Positions 61,742 through 64,000 of a stretch of DNA of 64,000 nucleotides are shown one piece after another. The position numbers and the translations under genes are program-made. The notes under the pieces were generated by a model. That model saw nothing but the letters and a program-made list of their open reading frames with translations, was not told the origin of the DNA and did not search any database. This DNA comes from Candidatus Thalassarchaeaceae archaeon (GTDB lineage Archaea > Thermoplasmatota > Poseidoniia > Poseidoniales > Thalassarchaeaceae): positions 2,498 to 66,497 of the forward strand of contig JAQXEZ010000001.1 in the NCBI GenBank assembly GCA_029250605.1, read 5' to 3'. Each line of letters begins with the position of its first letter. The stretch's first letter is position 1.

Positions 61742-62697
61742 CGCAGTTCCCAGTAGGTCTGCCATGCTGCTTCGTTGCATAGTAATGTTAGTATCGACAT
61801 TTGGGCCCACATTCTATTCTCTGCTTGGTCGAAAACCACACTATTCTGCGAATCTATCACTCCATCTGTAACTTCATCGCCTCTATGAGCAGGAAGGCAA
61901 TGCATGAAGATATAACTCTCGTCAGCTTTGGCGACTAGTTCCTCATTTACCTGGAATCCATCGAATGAACTCATTTTGCCATCCAAATGTTCCTCCCCCA
62001 TGGAGACGAAAACATCGGTATAAATCACACCGGCATCAGTAACAGCATCCTCCGCACTGTTACATCCCTCAATTTTCGATCCAGACCTTTCAGCAATCTT
62101 CTGAGCTCTCATGATGATATCCGGATCGGGTTCAAAACCCACAGGTGTGGCGAATTTGATGTCTAATCCTAGTATTGCACATCCCAATGCCAAATCATGC
62201 AAAACGTTGTTTCCATCGCCCACCCATGCAACATGCCCATTCACTCTATCTGAATTCTCCACAATCGTCATCATGTCCGCTGCTGCTTGGCAGGGATGAT
62301 GGAGATCGGAAAGAGCATTGATTACTGGGATTGTAGAGTGCTTTGCAAGCTCCATGACGTCGTCATGCCCGAAGCATCGATATGTGATGCAGTCCAAATA
62401 CCTCGAGAGAACCGAAGCAGTATCTGCGATAGTTTCACTTTTTCCTAGTTGCAGATCACCTGAAAGAAGAGTAATCGGTTGCCCACCGAGTCTATTTACC
62501 CCCACTTCAAACGACACTCTCGTTCTGGTTGATGGTTTCTCATAGATTGAACCTACAGACATGCCATCGAGAGGCTTGAAATCATACAAGGCCTCATCAT
62601 CATTCTTTATCCTAATAGCCCAATCTACTATTTCGGATAATTTTTCGGAAATATCATCAATCGCCAGAAGGTCTACCTTCTGTTCATTGTCTTTCAT
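61738..62697 (-). CDS. argF: Ornithine carbamoyltransferase
   Basis: EKPSTRTRVSFE (carbamoyl-phosphate site), VGDGNNVLHDL and FMHCLPAHRGDEVT are diagnostic for OTCase rather than ATCase. ATG 62697 is preferred; the track start 62745 overlaps the upstream gene by 62 nt. Confidence 0.88.
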   Translation of the reverse strand: MKDNEQKVDLLAIDDISEKLSEIVDWAIRIKNDDEALYDFKPLDGMSVGSIYEKPSTRTRVSFEVGVNRLGGQPITLLSGDLQLGKSETIADTASVLSRYLDCITYRCFGHDDVMELAKHSTIPVINALSDLHHPCQAAADMMTIVENSDRVNGHVAWVGDGNNVLHDLALGCAILGLDIKFATPVGFEPDPDIIMRAQKIAERSGSKIEGCNSAEDAVTDAGVIYTDVFVSMGEEHLDGKMSSFDGFQVNEELVAKADESYIFMHCLPAHRGDEVTDGVIDSQNSVVFDQAENRMWAQMSILTLLCNEAAWQTYWELR

Positions 62698-63526
62698 GTT
62701 CAATATCTCCTGCAAAACCATCCTTGGCATCTGACATTCCACCAAAAATATTCTGTGCGAAACTTAGCACATCGGCTTGCCCTTCCTCCATCTCACTAGA
62801 TAGTGGAATTAGGCCAGGCTGAATTGCGGCATGTTGCATCATCCTAAGTTGCCCTATTGCAAACTCTGCCCTCTGCCCGCCCCCGTCAAAGCTGCTCTGC
62901 ATAGAAGACTCCTCAAACAAAGCAGCCTCCAAAACATCCAAGTTATCGCCCCATTCTAGGATTCTTTCCAGTTTTTCGGGCTCTAGTAGGTCTGATTTTG
63001 ATAAGAAATTTGCAGTTGGAAGGCCAAGCCTGAAGTGAACTATGGATGACAAAAGCATCTGGGAGACAAATCCACTAGGTGTACTAGATAACAATGGATC
63101 AAACAGGAAAATAAGGCATGCCCTGCCCTGTCCAAGAACATGAACAAGATGACTGGAAGCCTCTCTAAACGCAAAAAGCTCAACTTGACCAGGAGTATCT
63201 ACAACCATAATGTCGCCAGCAAGACCCTCAATCTCTTCGAAAACCTCCTCTGCTTGAGAGGCTACTAGATCGGCTGCCAGAATCTGGGCCCCATTTGGCC
63301 CTAGGTCATATTCATCCATTACTTCAGATAGTGAGATTAGATCCCTGACGTCGAACTCTGGGTCATAATGGACTCTCTCTGCCCCTGGATCAAGATTTAC
63401 TGCTAGCACATCTATGTCCAAGAACCTCGCCCATCTCTGGAAAGAAGTAACTAGCGAGCTCTTTCCGGCTCCCGCGGTCCCAACTACGAATAGCACTGGT
63501 GGATTTGTCCCATCATTGGAGCTCAT
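62684..63526 (-). CDS. GPN-loop GTPase
   Basis: P-loop VVGTAGAGKSS, VNLDPGAE, the GPNGA motif (LGPNGAQI) and DTPGQVELF. Confidence 0.85.
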   Translation of the reverse strand: MSSNDGTNPPVLFVVGTAGAGKSSLVTSFQRWARFLDIDVLAVNLDPGAERVHYDPEFDVRDLISLSEVMDEYDLGPNGAQILAADLVASQAEEVFEEIEGLAGDIMVVDTPGQVELFAFREASSHLVHVLGQGRACLIFLFDPLLSSTPSGFVSQMLLSSIVHFRLGLPTANFLSKSDLLEPEKLERILEWGDNLDVLEAALFEESSMQSSFDGGGQRAEFAIGQLRMMQHAAIQPGLIPLSSEMEEGQADVLSFAQNIFGGMSDAKDGFAGDIEHERQ

Positions 63527-63620
63527 ACGGTCGCCGAGAACGTTCCCAACTTCAACGTTCTCAGAGAAACAACCACATTCTTCATCAGGTAACCGTTAAA
63601 CGAACCCCGCACTCGTGAGA

Positions 63621-64000
63621 ATGTACCCTGAGGGCCATTTCATGGTTGAAGACTCTGATTCTTATGAAGAAGAAGAAGTGGCAGAAAAACAGGAAAGTGA
63701 CTCTAGTCCACCTCCTGCACCTCTAGGGTTTGAATTGCCACCACCACCTCCAGCAGGTTTCGCACCACCACCTCCAGCAGGTTTCTCCTCGCAAGAGTTA
63801 CCAGATCTTGACGAAAGCCAAACATCAGAGCAGGACCTCCCCATTGACCACGAAGCAGCGAGGAGGATGCTCCTTGGTCTGGATGATGAAGACAGTGAGG
63901 ATGCCAGCCATGAAACAGAGGGGGACGATCATCTGGGAGAAACAGAAGCTCACCAAGATACCTTCGAATCGGAAGACGAGATGAGTGAAAATGACATAGA
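63621..64000 (+). CDS. N-terminal part of a highly acidic, Pro-rich (likely disordered) protein; the gene continues past the window
   Basis: ATG 63621 opens a frame with no stop to the window end (MYPEGHFMVEDSDSYEEEEV...PPPPPAGFAPPPPAGF...DDEDSEDASHETEGDD...). It is not in the ORF track because no stop lies in the window. Confidence 0.45.
   Translation, partial: MYPEGHFMVEDSDSYEEEEVAEKQESDSSPPPAPLGFELPPPPPAGFAPPPPAGFSSQELPDLDESQTSEQDLPIDHEAARRMLLGLDDEDSEDASHETEGDDHLGETEAHQDTFESEDEMSENDI
63739..63785 (+). repeat. Two copies of a 23-nt direct repeat (24-nt period) inside the terminal partial CDS
   Basis: CACCACCACCTCCAGCAGGTTTC occurs at 63739-63761 and 63763-63785, encoding PPPPAGF twice. 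Confidence 0.9.

Noticed and set aside
1-64000. CRISPR arrays, rRNA genes, transposases, integrases and recognisable defence systems (RM, Cas, TA families)
   Set aside because: Scanning by eye found no spaced direct-repeat arrays, no rRNA-like conserved segments, and no DDE, tyrosine-recombinase or Cas motifs. The only repeats are short in-gene tandem duplications and one hexamer triplet.

Overview
The window reads as a gene-dense stretch of archaeal chromosome. Archaeal markers include an RpoE'(Rpo7)-Spt4-S24e-S27ae operon, archaeal-type D-aminoacyl-tRNA deacylase, a DGGGP-synthase-like UbiA prenyltransferase, a GPN-loop GTPase, RtcB, archaeal AlaRS, and a stand-alone GMP synthase ATP-pyrophosphatase subunit. 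Very large anchored surface proteins, secreted proteases and amino-acid catabolism genes are consistent with a marine planktonic heterotroph of the Thermoplasmatota/Marine Group II type. That taxonomic call is inference only. Housekeeping content: gcvPA-gcvPB, purE, guaA(B subunit), glyA, purC, a class IV aminotransferase, proline dehydrogenase, trhO, rtcB, alaS, a class I aminotransferase, guaC and argF, plus five intron-less tRNA genes (Asn-GTT, Met/Ile2-CAT, Ser-GGA, Thr-GGT, Glu-CTC), all with encoded CCA. No rRNA, CRISPR array, transposase or integrase was seen. About 40% of the window encodes a cell-surface proteome: an M60/enhancin-like lipoprotein metallopeptidase, an FG-GAP/CARDB giant (1884 aa), a 2407-aa adhesin-like giant, a TSP3-type calcium-repeat protein and two anchored S8 subtilases. 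The two candidates I rank highest for novelty are these. (1) A 908-aa two-pass membrane protein whose ectodomain carries hallmark motifs of the eukaryotic CD36/LIMP-2 scavenger-receptor family; it is co-directional with an HGSNAT/acyltransferase-3-like membrane protein and convergent with the M60-like peptidase. (2) A polar-amino-acid ABC importer with no solute-binding gene nearby, whose permease is fused to an N-terminal secreted Asp-box beta-propeller and carries extra TM helices. All family assignments come from motif recognition by eye; no HMM, BLAST or structure search was run, and start codons are often ambiguous because ATG, GTG and TTG are all used.
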